Below, in pieces: positions 55,013-63,535 of a stretch of 64,000 nucleotides of DNA (the stretch's first letter is position 1; every line of letters starts with the position of its first letter). The notes beneath the pieces are model-generated. The model made no database searches. It was not told the origin of the DNA and worked only from the letters and a program-made list of their open reading frames with translations. Source of the stretch: a virus; the IMG/VR virus record IMGVR_UViG_3300047472_000449; one strand, 5' to 3'. Position numbers and translations under genes: made by a program.

Positions 55013-55450
55013 TCAAGGCTCGTTGAGATAGGTCTCACCCGTGTAATGCGCCAAGCTCTCTGGAAAATGCTCGGCAATTGCCGTGGCCTTGCGCAACAAG
55101 ACAGCCATGGCCAATTGAATGACCTTGGCGCCTTCAATGCTGTCTTCATGGTCGCGCAGTGAGCCGCAATGCATGTTGGCAATGCCTTCTTTTGTGGCGT
55201 CCACTTGAAAGATGAATGAGCAAAAATTCCAGTTATCGACGCCGTTGTGCAGAGCAATGGCGGTCAGTTCAATGGCATTCCGCGCACTTGCCGGTTTCAC
55301 CCGGATGCGAAATGGAACGGGGGCGTCCAGGCACTCGCTCTGCAAGTCGAGCAAGTCTTTTTTGCTCAGTGGCTTGACCAGATTAACGTGCTCCAGCGCC
55401 AGCTCGATACCGGGCAGGGCCACCAGAGAGGGTTTGGTGTGTTCGAGCAT
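55013..55450 (-). CDS. hypothetical protein
   Basis: AAGGA RBS. Confidence 0.7.
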   Translation of the reverse strand: MLEHTKPSLVALPGIELALEHVNLVKPLSKKDLLDLQSECLDAPVPFRIRVKPASARNAIELTAIALHNGVDNWNFCSFIFQVDATKEGIANMHCGSLRDHEDSIEGAKVIQLAMAVLLRKATAIAEHFPESLAHYTGETYLNEP

Positions 55451-55560
55451 GACGGCGTTTCCTTGTTCAATTAAGGTTGAATTCGCCGACGCGAAACAAC
55501 ACTCTTGTATTGCGAAAGTCCGCCCGATGGCGGGCCGATCTGATGGTGCAGCGGACGTTT

Positions 55561-55788
55561 TTACGTCGCTGGTCTGTCAGTCAATATCAGTTGGGCGCTC
55601 GCAATCTTGACCAAGCCTTCTGGCCTCTGACAAAGACTGTCGAAGTCACTGCGCTTGGACGACTTAGGGAGACTCTCAGGAGCCCAGCCGCGCCTGCCCC
55701 ATCGCAGTTCAATCGGCTTTTTTTGCAGGCGCTTCAGGATTGCTTTTTCCCCCTCGGTAAGCGGAGCAGCGTCGCCATTGCTGGTCAT
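55561..55788 (-). CDS. small hypothetical protein
   Basis: promoter/operator 55882-55920. Confidence 0.55.
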   Translation of the reverse strand: MTSNGDAAPLTEGEKAILKRLQKKPIELRWGRRGWAPESLPKSSKRSDFDSLCQRPEGLVKIASAQLILTDRPAT

Positions 55789-55945
55789 GATTTTTTTCCT
55801 ATATCGGATTCTTCAGGGGTGAGCCTGATCGATACTGATGGTAGAGAGGGCCTTATTGCCCCATACTTATTTTTCAAATTAAGTATAGCGGCAGCACAGG
55901 CCATTGTCAATATCATTTACATCTGCGACCGCTTCACTCAACAGA

Positions 55946-56341
55946 TCAACCGTGAGCGCGCCGGATGCCGACAATGGCCGGTAGAGGCTCTCCCCGTACC
56001 ATCGCAATGGCTGTCCGGTGATAACCGTCCCACAGGGCTGAGCGGCCCTCGCAGCGCCCCACTATCACCGGGTCATTGAAGCCATCACGCAGCATGCCTT
56101 CATAATTTTCGGCTCGCCGATCACCATCGGCGCGAAACGAGGCAATTTCTTGCTGAAGCCAACCCCCAGCCTCTTCGACGCTGGAGAAAGTGCCCAGCGT
56201 GGTTGGGTTGAGTTCCTGGAAGTTCCAGTCTGCCTCGCGTGCATCGAAAAAGCAGTCTGAACCATCGTCATGATCATGACGGTACAGCGCCGCTTCTGCA
56301 CGCAAGTAGCTGGAGGGCATGGATGACCAATCTATCGGCAT
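55946..56341 (-). CDS. ParB/Srx-like N-terminal domain protein
   Basis: DPVIVG....ALWDGYHRTAIA motif. Confidence 0.7.
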   Translation of the reverse strand: MPIDWSSMPSSYLRAEAALYRHDHDDGSDCFFDAREADWNFQELNPTTLGTFSSVEEAGGWLQQEIASFRADGDRRAENYEGMLRDGFNDPVIVGRCEGRSALWDGYHRTAIAMVRGEPLPAIVGIRRAHG

Positions 56342-56344
56342 GGC

Positions 56345-56608
56345 TTAGGCTTCTTCATCATCAATGAGGCCGTGGCGCACGAAGATTTCGCGAGCCTCGG
56401 GGATGTCGTGCAGGCAATTGCCCTGGGGGTCGCCGCGCTGGAAATACAGCTCGATCAACTCACAGAGGTGAAACGTGGCCTCTTTGGTGGTGGGCCGAGA
56501 GAGCATCTTGTCTGCGATGCTCTCCAGCATCTCACCCGAATCGTGGGGCTCACCGACTGCCAAGGCGCGGAGCGCCCGGTAATCGGCCAGAGCCTGTGGA
56601 TGATTCAT
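56345..56608 (-). CDS. hypothetical protein
   Basis: ATGA coupling to upstream gene. Confidence 0.65.
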   Translation of the reverse strand: MNHPQALADYRALRALAVGEPHDSGEMLESIADKMLSRPTTKEATFHLCELIELYFQRGDPQGNCLHDIPEAREIFVRHGLIDDEEA

Positions 56609-57324
56609 TGCGTCGCCTGTGCGCGAGCCAGGGCATTGAGACAGTGAAGACAAGTCACGTCCTTGGGGTTGATCGTGGTTTTGCGCATGAAGCCGCAGAG
56701 CGCTCCGCTTAGGCCGTCTTTGGCGTACGTGGCCTTTACGTGACCCGGCATATCTTTCTCGGTGCTGATCTCGAAAAGGTGAACCTTGGTTGCACGCTTG
56801 CGAGGCTTTTGGGCTTCAGGCTTTTTGACTTCTGGCTTTTTCGGCGGTGTGTAGATGAAATCGAAGCGGAAGATCTCGAAACCACTGGAGTGGTTGCAGC
56901 AATCGACGATCTTGACCAGCTCCAGATTTTCATCCCGGAAGTACGCTGCCAGAAACTTTTCGATCAGGTGCGGTCTGCCGTGACGCATGCCGCCCGATCC
57001 GATAGGCAGTTGCTCATTGAAGCAGGCGTCGAAGTGATCGCGATCCCAGCCGCCCATGCGATCTGAATAGGCTGTGTGGAATTGCTTGCCCTCCTCCAGC
57101 TTAATGGAGAATGGCTTGGTTTGGCCCCGGTACTTACCGTTGATCCAGCGCACGTAGTCGCTGAAGCTGTAGGGGTAATCGCGCTTGGTGCGCTCAATCT
57201 TGTTGCCCTCAACATCGCGATGTTCAGAGCCAAACCGGCTGCTAAAACCACCGTCATCACCGCCGAAGAAGATATCTCCGTCCACACCAATGTCATTGCC
57301 ATAGTAAATTCGATGGTTGTTCAT
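56605..57324 (-). CDS. phage-type hypothetical protein with C-terminal Cys motif
   Basis: YPYSFSDYV; LCG...VTCLHC; promoter/operator 57357-57395. Confidence 0.75.
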   Translation of the reverse strand: MNNHRIYYGNDIGVDGDIFFGGDDGGFSSRFGSEHRDVEGNKIERTKRDYPYSFSDYVRWINGKYRGQTKPFSIKLEEGKQFHTAYSDRMGGWDRDHFDACFNEQLPIGSGGMRHGRPHLIEKFLAAYFRDENLELVKIVDCCNHSSGFEIFRFDFIYTPPKKPEVKKPEAQKPRKRATKVHLFEISTEKDMPGHVKATYAKDGLSGALCGFMRKTTINPKDVTCLHCLNALARAQATQ

Positions 57325-57356
57325 GCTTGGTGTCCGAACTTGAAGAATAGGACTAA

Positions 57357-57457
57357 ATTATAGGCAGGAGTTACGCAAATGTCAACCATAATGACAGCCT
57401 GTTTGTGCTGACTTTATTGTTTTTTACATTGACATTTCTGTGATTCTTGGTTAAAAT
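57357..57457. promoter_or_regulatory. divergent sigma70 promoters
   Basis: minus: TTGACA-N17-TATAAT with GTCAAC CAT AATGAC; plus: TTGACA(57429)-N17-TAAAAT. Confidence 0.8.
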
Positions 57458-57500
57458 AATCCCATCAAAACGATTGATCCGAATCACTGGGGATGAACAG

Positions 57501-57938
57501 ATGACCACTCAAGCCGAACTGAACTTTGCTCTTCAATCCTCGGAGCATGGCTTCGATGATTACGATGTGGTCGGTCACACCACCCTGCGCCGTGTGTGCG
57601 TGCCGCAAGGCATTCGTAAGGGCGATATCTTCAACGTCTATTTCGGCATCAGCAGCAAGGGTGGCGCTAAGTGGCTGGGCAGCCTGGAAGCGTCGTTGAA
57701 CGCCTGGATTGCTGAAAACATAGGCACCGTGGGTGGCCACTACGTCCTCAACGAGCACACCCTCTGCTACTCCCAAGTTGGGACGAGCTTCTACGGTGTG
57801 TTGGCAGGCAAGCCTCAGCGTGGTGGCCACGACTGGAAAAACGGCCCTATCTCCGTGGTCAGCACTGACACGCTGCGCCCGGCTACCCTGGCTGACTTCG
57901 ATTTCTACCGCGTGTGCCCTAAAGGCCACATTGCCTAA
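57501..57938 (+). CDS. hypothetical protein
   Basis: first gene of plus-strand operon. Confidence 0.7.
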   Translation: MTTQAELNFALQSSEHGFDDYDVVGHTTLRRVCVPQGIRKGDIFNVYFGISSKGGAKWLGSLEASLNAWIAENIGTVGGHYVLNEHTLCYSQVGTSFYGVLAGKPQRGGHDWKNGPISVVSTDTLRPATLADFDFYRVCPKGHIA

Positions 57939-58015
57939 GCGGCCATTGGCCCCGGTTCGACGGGGCCTTGGCCAAAAATACCTCAACCTTCCGCTAAACA
58001 GAAAAGGATCTCGCT

Positions 58016-58237
58016 GTGCCAAAAGTCAATGGAACCAGAAAACAGCGTGCGAAGGAACTACTTGCCACGGCAACCCGTGGTCCGTCGATTAGTCTTACGT
58101 TTGTTGCTGCTGGCCTGTCGGACGAGCAGAAAAAGGTACTGGAGGCCGAGATAGCAGAAGGTTATCGCCTTTGGTCTCAAACTTGGCTGCTGCCTGAACT
58201 GAAGCGTCTGGTGCCCGAGTTGCGCGAAGACAAGTAG
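58016..58237 (+). CDS. hypothetical protein
   Basis: AAAGGA RBS, GTG start. Confidence 0.6.
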   Translation: MPKVNGTRKQRAKELLATATRGPSISLTFVAAGLSDEQKKVLEAEIAEGYRLWSQTWLLPELKRLVPELREDK

Positions 58238-58250
58238 TCGAGGAGATCCG

Positions 58251-58517
58251 GTGAACAGATTTCGCAGTAAGCCGCTTCGCGATCAATATGCAGCGATGAT
58301 CGCTGCCTACCGCAGCCGTCATAACGGCCTGTTCACCGATGCTGGCGAGCCTCACCGTGCGAGTGGACTTGCACTGGCGTTCTGGAACGGATTTAACGGC
58401 GTTTCGATGGGGACAGGCTTCAGCACCAGGGCTGAGCGTAGTTCGCCTGCCTATGCTTGCTGGAGAGCTGGGCAAGACTGCAAAAAATCAATCAGCGTGG
58501 CTCAGGCTACGAGTTAG
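58251..58517 (+). CDS. hypothetical protein
   Basis: GAGGAG RBS. Confidence 0.65.
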   Translation: MNRFRSKPLRDQYAAMIAAYRSRHNGLFTDAGEPHRASGLALAFWNGFNGVSMGTGFSTRAERSSPAYACWRAGQDCKKSISVAQATS

Positions 58518-58542
58518 AAAAATTGCCCTGGAGGGCCTGACG

Positions 58543-58794
58543 ATGCATCAACCCATGCAAGGCGCACACGCGCAACGACCATCTGAGAACGTCAAGCCTG
58601 ATCGTGGTTGGCATCTGCGCATGGCTCGAAGTGTGAGCAAGGCCCATTACTTTGTTGATGGCCGTTCGTTGTGCGGTCGTCAGGTGATCGGCAGCAATGT
58701 AAGGCTCGATGATTCCATGCACCACAACACCCACAACTGCGAAGTGTGCATGAAGCGTCGAGACAAACTGTTTGGCGCCAGCGAGTCGCTTTAA
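58543..58794 (+). CDS. small putative Zn-binding protein
   Basis: KAHYF....SLCG...CEVC. Confidence 0.65.
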   Translation: MHQPMQGAHAQRPSENVKPDRGWHLRMARSVSKAHYFVDGRSLCGRQVIGSNVRLDDSMHHNTHNCEVCMKRRDKLFGASESL

Positions 58795-58861
58795 ACAAGC
58801 GAGCCGATTTGGGATAATCGCTGCCGAATTCGGCACACGGTAAACGAAAGGTAAGAGAGCG

Positions 58862-59065
58862 ATGGCCGAGCAAAACGATTTTCCAGGGAAAAGCAAAGCA
58901 TGGCTCAAAGGCCGTGGGGATGCGATTGTCCATGGTGACGACGTTTGGGACATGGCCAACCCACCCTACTTTGTGGGCTCGCAGGAGGCTTTCGATTGGC
59001 ATTCTGGGGCTGAGGCTGGGCTTGACGAACTCGATGCTGAGCAACGCGCTGAGGGCGCCGAGTAA
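58862..59065 (+). CDS. small acidic protein
   Basis: last in operon; terminator 59103-59129. Confidence 0.6.
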   Translation: MAEQNDFPGKSKAWLKGRGDAIVHGDDVWDMANPPYFVGSQEAFDWHSGAEAGLDELDAEQRAEGAE

Positions 59066-59152
59066 CGTGACCGGTGCTCTGTCGTGCAGTGCGCATAAAA
59101 ACAAAAGCCCTGATCAGTCAGGGCTTTTTTGTGGCGTTTGGAAAGATGGTGA

Positions 59153-59527
59153 TCAGCAGTAATAGCGCTCGTTGGTCGGCACCACTTCCTGCTCGAAATG
59201 CGCCACCATTTTCTGATAGTACTCCGCACGGTGACGTGCTTCTTTCAGAATGTCGGCTCGCATTTTCTCGGTAGCGGCAGGAATGTCTTTCTCAAGGCAG
59301 GCCATTGCGCGGCTGAGGTTTTCGCCTGTCGAGTTGCGGGCCATGGAGACCATCAAGGTATTGGCGTTGGTCTTGAAACCACCACGGTACGTGTACACGC
59401 CGTTTTCCAGCTTCGCCTCGATACGTTCGATGCTGAGTACTGGCCCTGGCTCACCGCGCTTTGCTTCGACCAGCAAAAGCTCAAAGTAAACGTCAGGGTA
59501 CTGTGGGTTGATGGTAATAAGACTCAT
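59153..59527 (-). CDS. hypothetical protein
   Basis: ORF track. Confidence 0.65.
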   Translation of the reverse strand: MSLITINPQYPDVYFELLLVEAKRGEPGPVLSIERIEAKLENGVYTYRGGFKTNANTLMVSMARNSTGENLSRAMACLEKDIPAATEKMRADILKEARHRAEYYQKMVAHFEQEVVPTNERYYC

Positions 59528-59601
59528 GAGGCAATCCTTGACTATTTCTTGAAATTATATACAAAAGCCCACCGCTGAGGGTGGGCCTTTGAGATCTTGG
59601 C

Positions 59602-59982
59602 TTAGCGGAACTCTTCGGCCTTGCGCTCTTGATCTTTGAAGTACCCGGTGACATCGAGTTCTTGATAGGCGTCCGAGCCGTAGCGTGGGTGATCTTCGCG
59701 CCAGTGCGCAAAATCAATCACACCACCCGCCTCCAGGTGAGTACGTACTGTGGCAGCAAGCTTTTCGGCTTTTCCGCTTGCTTCCTCGCGGTTGTCCGGG
59801 AAGTAGGTAAGACCTTCTTCTTCGTCATATTTCACTTCAGAGCCGTCAAAGGAGGCCGCATGAATCCATCGGCGACCATCAGCAGCCTCAAGCTGAACAA
59901 AATAGCGTTCAGAAATGGCGTCCGCGCCATCTTCTGTGATGCCGACTTTGTAAAGATCAGAAACGGCAGCGACTTCGTACAT
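59602..59982 (-). CDS. conserved acidic hypothetical protein
   Basis: HW....PRYGSDAY motif; promoter 60015-60043. Confidence 0.75.
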   Translation of the reverse strand: MYEVAAVSDLYKVGITEDGADAISERYFVQLEAADGRRWIHAASFDGSEVKYDEEEGLTYFPDNREEASGKAEKLAATVRTHLEAGGVIDFAHWREDHPRYGSDAYQELDVTGYFKDQERKAEEFR

Positions 59983-60125
59983 GGCTTTGAATCTCTGTTC
60001 TGTCTGAGGTGTTCAGTATACCCAGGCTCGCAACAGATGTCAATCACACAAACACAAAATGACGGCAGGGCCGTCTCTTTGTGCGTCAGTCATCCAGTGT
60101 GGTTAAGCCAGACAGTGCTGTCTGC

Positions 60126-60725
60126 TTACTGCCCCATTTCCAGCGGGCGGGTCAGGTCTTCAACCATTATCTCCCTGTCTGCGTCATTGCTGATCAGTGT
60201 GTAACGAGGGTACTTATGATTGGTTCCGACCGCGATGGCATCATGCATTAGATAGCCCAGGACAACGTTCATTTGGGCGGTATCGGTGGCATCAAAACCA
60301 GTTTCCTCAATCAATTTACCTACCGCTGGGTTAATCTTGTCGCCTACGATCTGGAAAATCGGGTAGTACTTTCGACCCTTGTAGGTATAAGCTAGGATCT
60401 TGCCAGCAGCCGCCTTCTTGCTCAACGCCTGCTTGGTGATGCCGAGCAGATTGCAAACGGTTTTGGCATCAAAAACAGTGTAGTTATCCCTGATGCGACC
60501 GAACTGCTGCTCTCTGCTTTTGGCGAAAGCTATTGCATTGCGCTCTTGAATACTCGGCATTTTGACGGGATTGAATAGCGTGATCAGTTGAGCAAATTTT
60601 TGCGGCTCAAAATCTTCCATGGCCTTACGCACGACGGCAAGGGGCAGTGTTTCAAGCACCTCTTCCATGCGTGCGGCAAGCTGGGTAGCCACTTCTTTTT
60701 TTGGGTTGTTGAGGATTATTGTCAT
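60126..60725 (-). CDS. HTH protein resembling Xre/MbcA/ParS-type antitoxins of RES toxins (orphan)
   Basis: VCNLLGITKQALSKKAAAGKILA....GRKYYPIFQ motif; no RES gene adjacent. Confidence 0.55.
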   Translation of the reverse strand: MTIILNNPKKEVATQLAARMEEVLETLPLAVVRKAMEDFEPQKFAQLITLFNPVKMPSIQERNAIAFAKSREQQFGRIRDNYTVFDAKTVCNLLGITKQALSKKAAAGKILAYTYKGRKYYPIFQIVGDKINPAVGKLIEETGFDATDTAQMNVVLGYLMHDAIAVGTNHKYPRYTLISNDADREIMVEDLTRPLEMGQ

Positions 60726-60785
60726 GGTGGCCACTCTGGCGGTGTTTTGTAGCAATGGATCAATAGTACTCTACCGCCGAGATCG

Positions 60786-60817
60786 TGTCAACCTGTCAAC
60801 CTGTCAACTTGTCAACC
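60786..60817. repeat. four tandem octamers TGTCAAC(C/T)
   Basis: 60786, 60794, 60802, 60810; the first supplies the -35 of TTGACA-N17-TACTAT. Confidence 0.85.
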
Positions 60818-60834
60818 AAATGTTGTTTCAGTGT

Positions 60835-61290
60835 TTAAGCGCTCGCCTCATGTCCCGTTTGGCCCATTTTACAGATGCGCTTGCAGGCCAGATAGCAACC
60901 TACCGGAATCGAGATGGCCAGAAACAAAAGCGCGAAAGCTGACGTGCCGTGCTCAAATATCTTGCGCGTGCTGCCTAGTCGATGCTCTTGCTGAAGCATG
61001 TACCCTGGCCAAATGGACTCCCCTGCTGTGTCAATCGGCAGGTTTAGAAGCTCGATCTTTGCCATTCCCAGCGTCATAATGAGTGCATGAAGCAAAGAAA
61101 AAAGCACCCCCATGCCGAGTCCCAACGCAAGCCCCATAAGGACGCTTATAGCCATATGGCGAGCACCACCGTTGCGCAAATAGCTGGACAGTGACTCAGA
61201 AATGGTTTTCATGCCTTTTGTGAATGATGCTGTGCTGCAATGAGTATTCATTTGATCACCATGCGTATACGTGAAAGTGCTATTTGCCAT
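60835..61290 (-). CDS. membrane protein
   Basis: two hydrophobic segments; start uncertain. Confidence 0.55.
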   Translation of the reverse strand: MANSTFTYTHGDQMNTHCSTASFTKGMKTISESLSSYLRNGGARHMAISVLMGLALGLGMGVLFSLLHALIMTLGMAKIELLNLPIDTAGESIWPGYMLQQEHRLGSTRKIFEHGTSAFALLFLAISIPVGCYLACKRICKMGQTGHEASA

Positions 61291-61414
61291 CTTAACGATG
61301 GTTTATATAATAATCAATGAATAGGTAGCCACCAATCGTCCGGACTCATTGTGTCTTGTTTTCCAGATGCAAAAAAGGCGCTCTTGGCGCCTCATTTCTT
61401 GTTGGCTTGGAATA

Positions 61415-61885
61415 TCATACCTTGGCGTGCCGGGCCTCGATGGCTTTCTCAAATGCCTCAAACGCCTCTTTGCGGGAGGTGAGGCCTTTATCAATCATCT
61501 CGATGTCGGCATTGAAGATGACGAACCACTCGCCGTTGCAGTTGGCGTCAATGATGCCGCCGAGGAACGGGTCTGGATTGGTGGCAAGATTGGTGCCTGG
61601 GCTTGTCCAGCCATACGGGATAACGAAACTGTCATCGGCCACCACGGCGCTCAGCGCGGCATCGAAAGGCAGCTTCAGTTCCTCGATCAGATGAACAGCT
61701 TCCATGAAGATATATTCCTCCTCGCAGCTGCACTCGAACTCGATGTAATCCTTGTATTCCATGTGCTCGACGCCTTCTGCCAAGTTGCGATTGACTTGGA
61801 ACAGGGCGTCCGCGCTGACGCTGCGCGCAGCTTTTTTGATCGCTTTGATCTTCTGTGCCCAGGTCGGCTCTAGGGTGAATGCCAT
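61415..61885 (-). CDS. acidic hypothetical protein
   Basis: own promoter/operator. Confidence 0.75.
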   Translation of the reverse strand: MAFTLEPTWAQKIKAIKKAARSVSADALFQVNRNLAEGVEHMEYKDYIEFECSCEEEYIFMEAVHLIEELKLPFDAALSAVVADDSFVIPYGWTSPGTNLATNPDPFLGGIIDANCNGEWFVIFNADIEMIDKGLTSRKEAFEAFEKAIEARHAKV

Positions 61886-61929
61886 GGTCAGTGATTCCTG
61901 TCGAGAGAGCGTATTTGCGCGATGAAGTT

Positions 61930-61975
61930 ATTATAGCCAGCACGCCCACCACTGTCAATACAATTGACAGTGGTG
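61930..61975 (-). promoter_or_regulatory. sigma70 promoter + operator within 13-bp perfect inverted repeat
   Basis: CACCACTGTCAAT ACA ATTGACAGTGGTG at 61947-61975; TTGACA-N17-TATAAT. Confidence 0.9.
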
Positions 61976-62008
61976 TAGGACGAAACGGCATCTCGACCTT
62001 CGGTTACT

Positions 62009-62320
62009 TCACGAAGATGTCACGCCTGCCGCCTTGCAAGCTTTTTCCCAGCAACGCTGTGACATGGCACTTTTCCCAGGGTGAAGGCTTTCGGTTGTCC
62101 ATTCGCCGCTTTGGGTGTCCATTGTGGCCTCAGTGCTCAGCCATGCTGGTACGCCTGAGGAGCAGGATGGATGGATAAAACCGCCCTGCTTGATCAGATC
62201 GACTGTTTCACTGAGGGTGTGCGTCCTGTCCTGCCAGCGATAACCTCGCTCAGCGGCATCGCCCGAGGCGGCGCTTTCTTCAGTCACGATCTCATAAGTT
62301 TTGGACAGTAGTAGCGGCAC
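62009..62320 (-). CDS. conserved phage-type hypothetical protein
   Basis: TYEIVTEESAASGDAAERG motif. Confidence 0.75.
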   Translation of the reverse strand: MPLLLSKTYEIVTEESAASGDAAERGYRWQDRTHTLSETVDLIKQGGFIHPSCSSGVPAWLSTEATMDTQSGEWTTESLHPGKSAMSQRCWEKACKAAGVTSS

Positions 62321-62374
62321 AGTCGAATTCCTTGGGTTTAGGGGCGGAGCGCCCTGTCCTGTCGTGTTGAGCTG

Positions 62375-62620
62375 TTACTTGAGAGCCATCAGCTTGGCCA
62401 ACAGATCTTCGTGGTAGCTGGCCATGGTGATTTTTTCGGCTTCGCGACCGGGAATGGTGGCCTTAACGCCGTCTGTAAGCGTAAACGGTGCAGTGAAAAA
62501 CTCAACGCGAGCCGCCACACACATTTCCCGTTCAGCGATTGCCGCAGCCAGATCAGTGACTTCAAGAGTATTGCCAAACAGATCAGTGACGCTCAATTGC
62601 GGTTGGTTGCTGGTGGTCAT
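62375..62620 (-). CDS. hypothetical protein
   Basis: AAAGG RBS. Confidence 0.65.
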   Translation of the reverse strand: MTTSNQPQLSVTDLFGNTLEVTDLAAAIAEREMCVAARVEFFTAPFTLTDGVKATIPGREAEKITMASYHEDLLAKLMALK

Positions 62621-62854
62621 CGCTTTTTCCTTTAACGGGTCATCCAGGACTGGAGAATATACACGGAAATCAAAAAATTCTTAGATCCGGTCAGCTGGCT
62701 TCTTGTGGCTTTGAGCCTTGCGGGCGCTGTTCTGGGAGAGCTGGGCAATGCATGCAAAACATGGTTTCTGATACGGCGAATAGCCAGGATTACGGCAGAT
62801 GTGCAGCTCAGCTTCGTTTTTCATTACCTGTTTCCCTGTAGCGCAGGTGGTGTT

Positions 62855-63022
62855 TTAGTTGCCGTGCTCAGCAATCATCATCGCCTTGAAATCCTCGGCC
62901 TCTTTTTTGGAGGCAAAGTGATAAATCACGGCATCTTCGTTTGGATCAGAGGCGGTGTCCTCGACAATCCAGGGCTTTTTGCGGCTGTGGTTTTTGCGCA
63001 GATCGAAGCGTTCAGTTGCCAT
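62855..63022 (-). CDS. 55-aa hypothetical protein (absent from ORF track)
   Basis: manual translation MATERFDLRKNHSRKKPWIVEDT... Confidence 0.5.
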   Translation of the reverse strand: MATERFDLRKNHSRKKPWIVEDTASDPNEDAVIYHFASKKEAEDFKAMMIAEHGN

Positions 63023-63058
63023 GGCAAGATCCTTGTTTGGAGGGTGTGTGGAGCTGAA

Positions 63059-63460
63059 TTAGACGCTGATGCCACGGGCCTTGAGGCTGTCCAGTGTCGG
63101 ATGGTAGTCGGCCTGAAAGATCTCGCCGCCGTCGCTTTCGATCACGTTCACGTGGCCTGCCTCGACATTGATCATCAGGTCGTAGGAGAAGCGTTCGCCG
63201 GGGTTATTGATCTCACGCACCTTGCCGTTCCAGTCCACGAAATAGCCTTGGCCCTGATAGGCGCCAGCAGCACGGCATTTGTTCCAGTCGTCGGCGGTCA
63301 GTACGAAATTGCGCGTCGGTGTCCAGTTCGGACTGCGCAACAGAGTGATCACTTGGGCGGCGGCTTCCGAGGTGCTGAACGGGCCGAAGTTTTCACTGTC
63401 ACTGATGACGGAGGTGCCTTGAACGGACAAATTGCTGAAGCTGCGAAATGCATGGTTCAT
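63059..63460 (-). CDS. hypothetical protein
   Basis: promoter/operator 63493-63531 (GTCAAT CAC ATTGTC). Confidence 0.7.
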   Translation of the reverse strand: MNHAFRSFSNLSVQGTSVISDSENFGPFSTSEAAAQVITLLRSPNWTPTRNFVLTADDWNKCRAAGAYQGQGYFVDWNGKVREINNPGERFSYDLMINVEAGHVNVIESDGGEIFQADYHPTLDSLKARGISV

Positions 63461-63535
63461 GACGACAATTCCAATCAGTGACTTGAGGGTTCAGTATACC
63501 CATCAAGTCACCGACTGTCAATCACATTGTCAGAA

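Noticed and set aside
18-63531. Palindrome as ANR/FNR box
   Set aside because: FNR/ANR is TTGAT-N4-ATCAA; here the half-sites face the opposite way (TCAA..TTGA) with a 3-bp spacer
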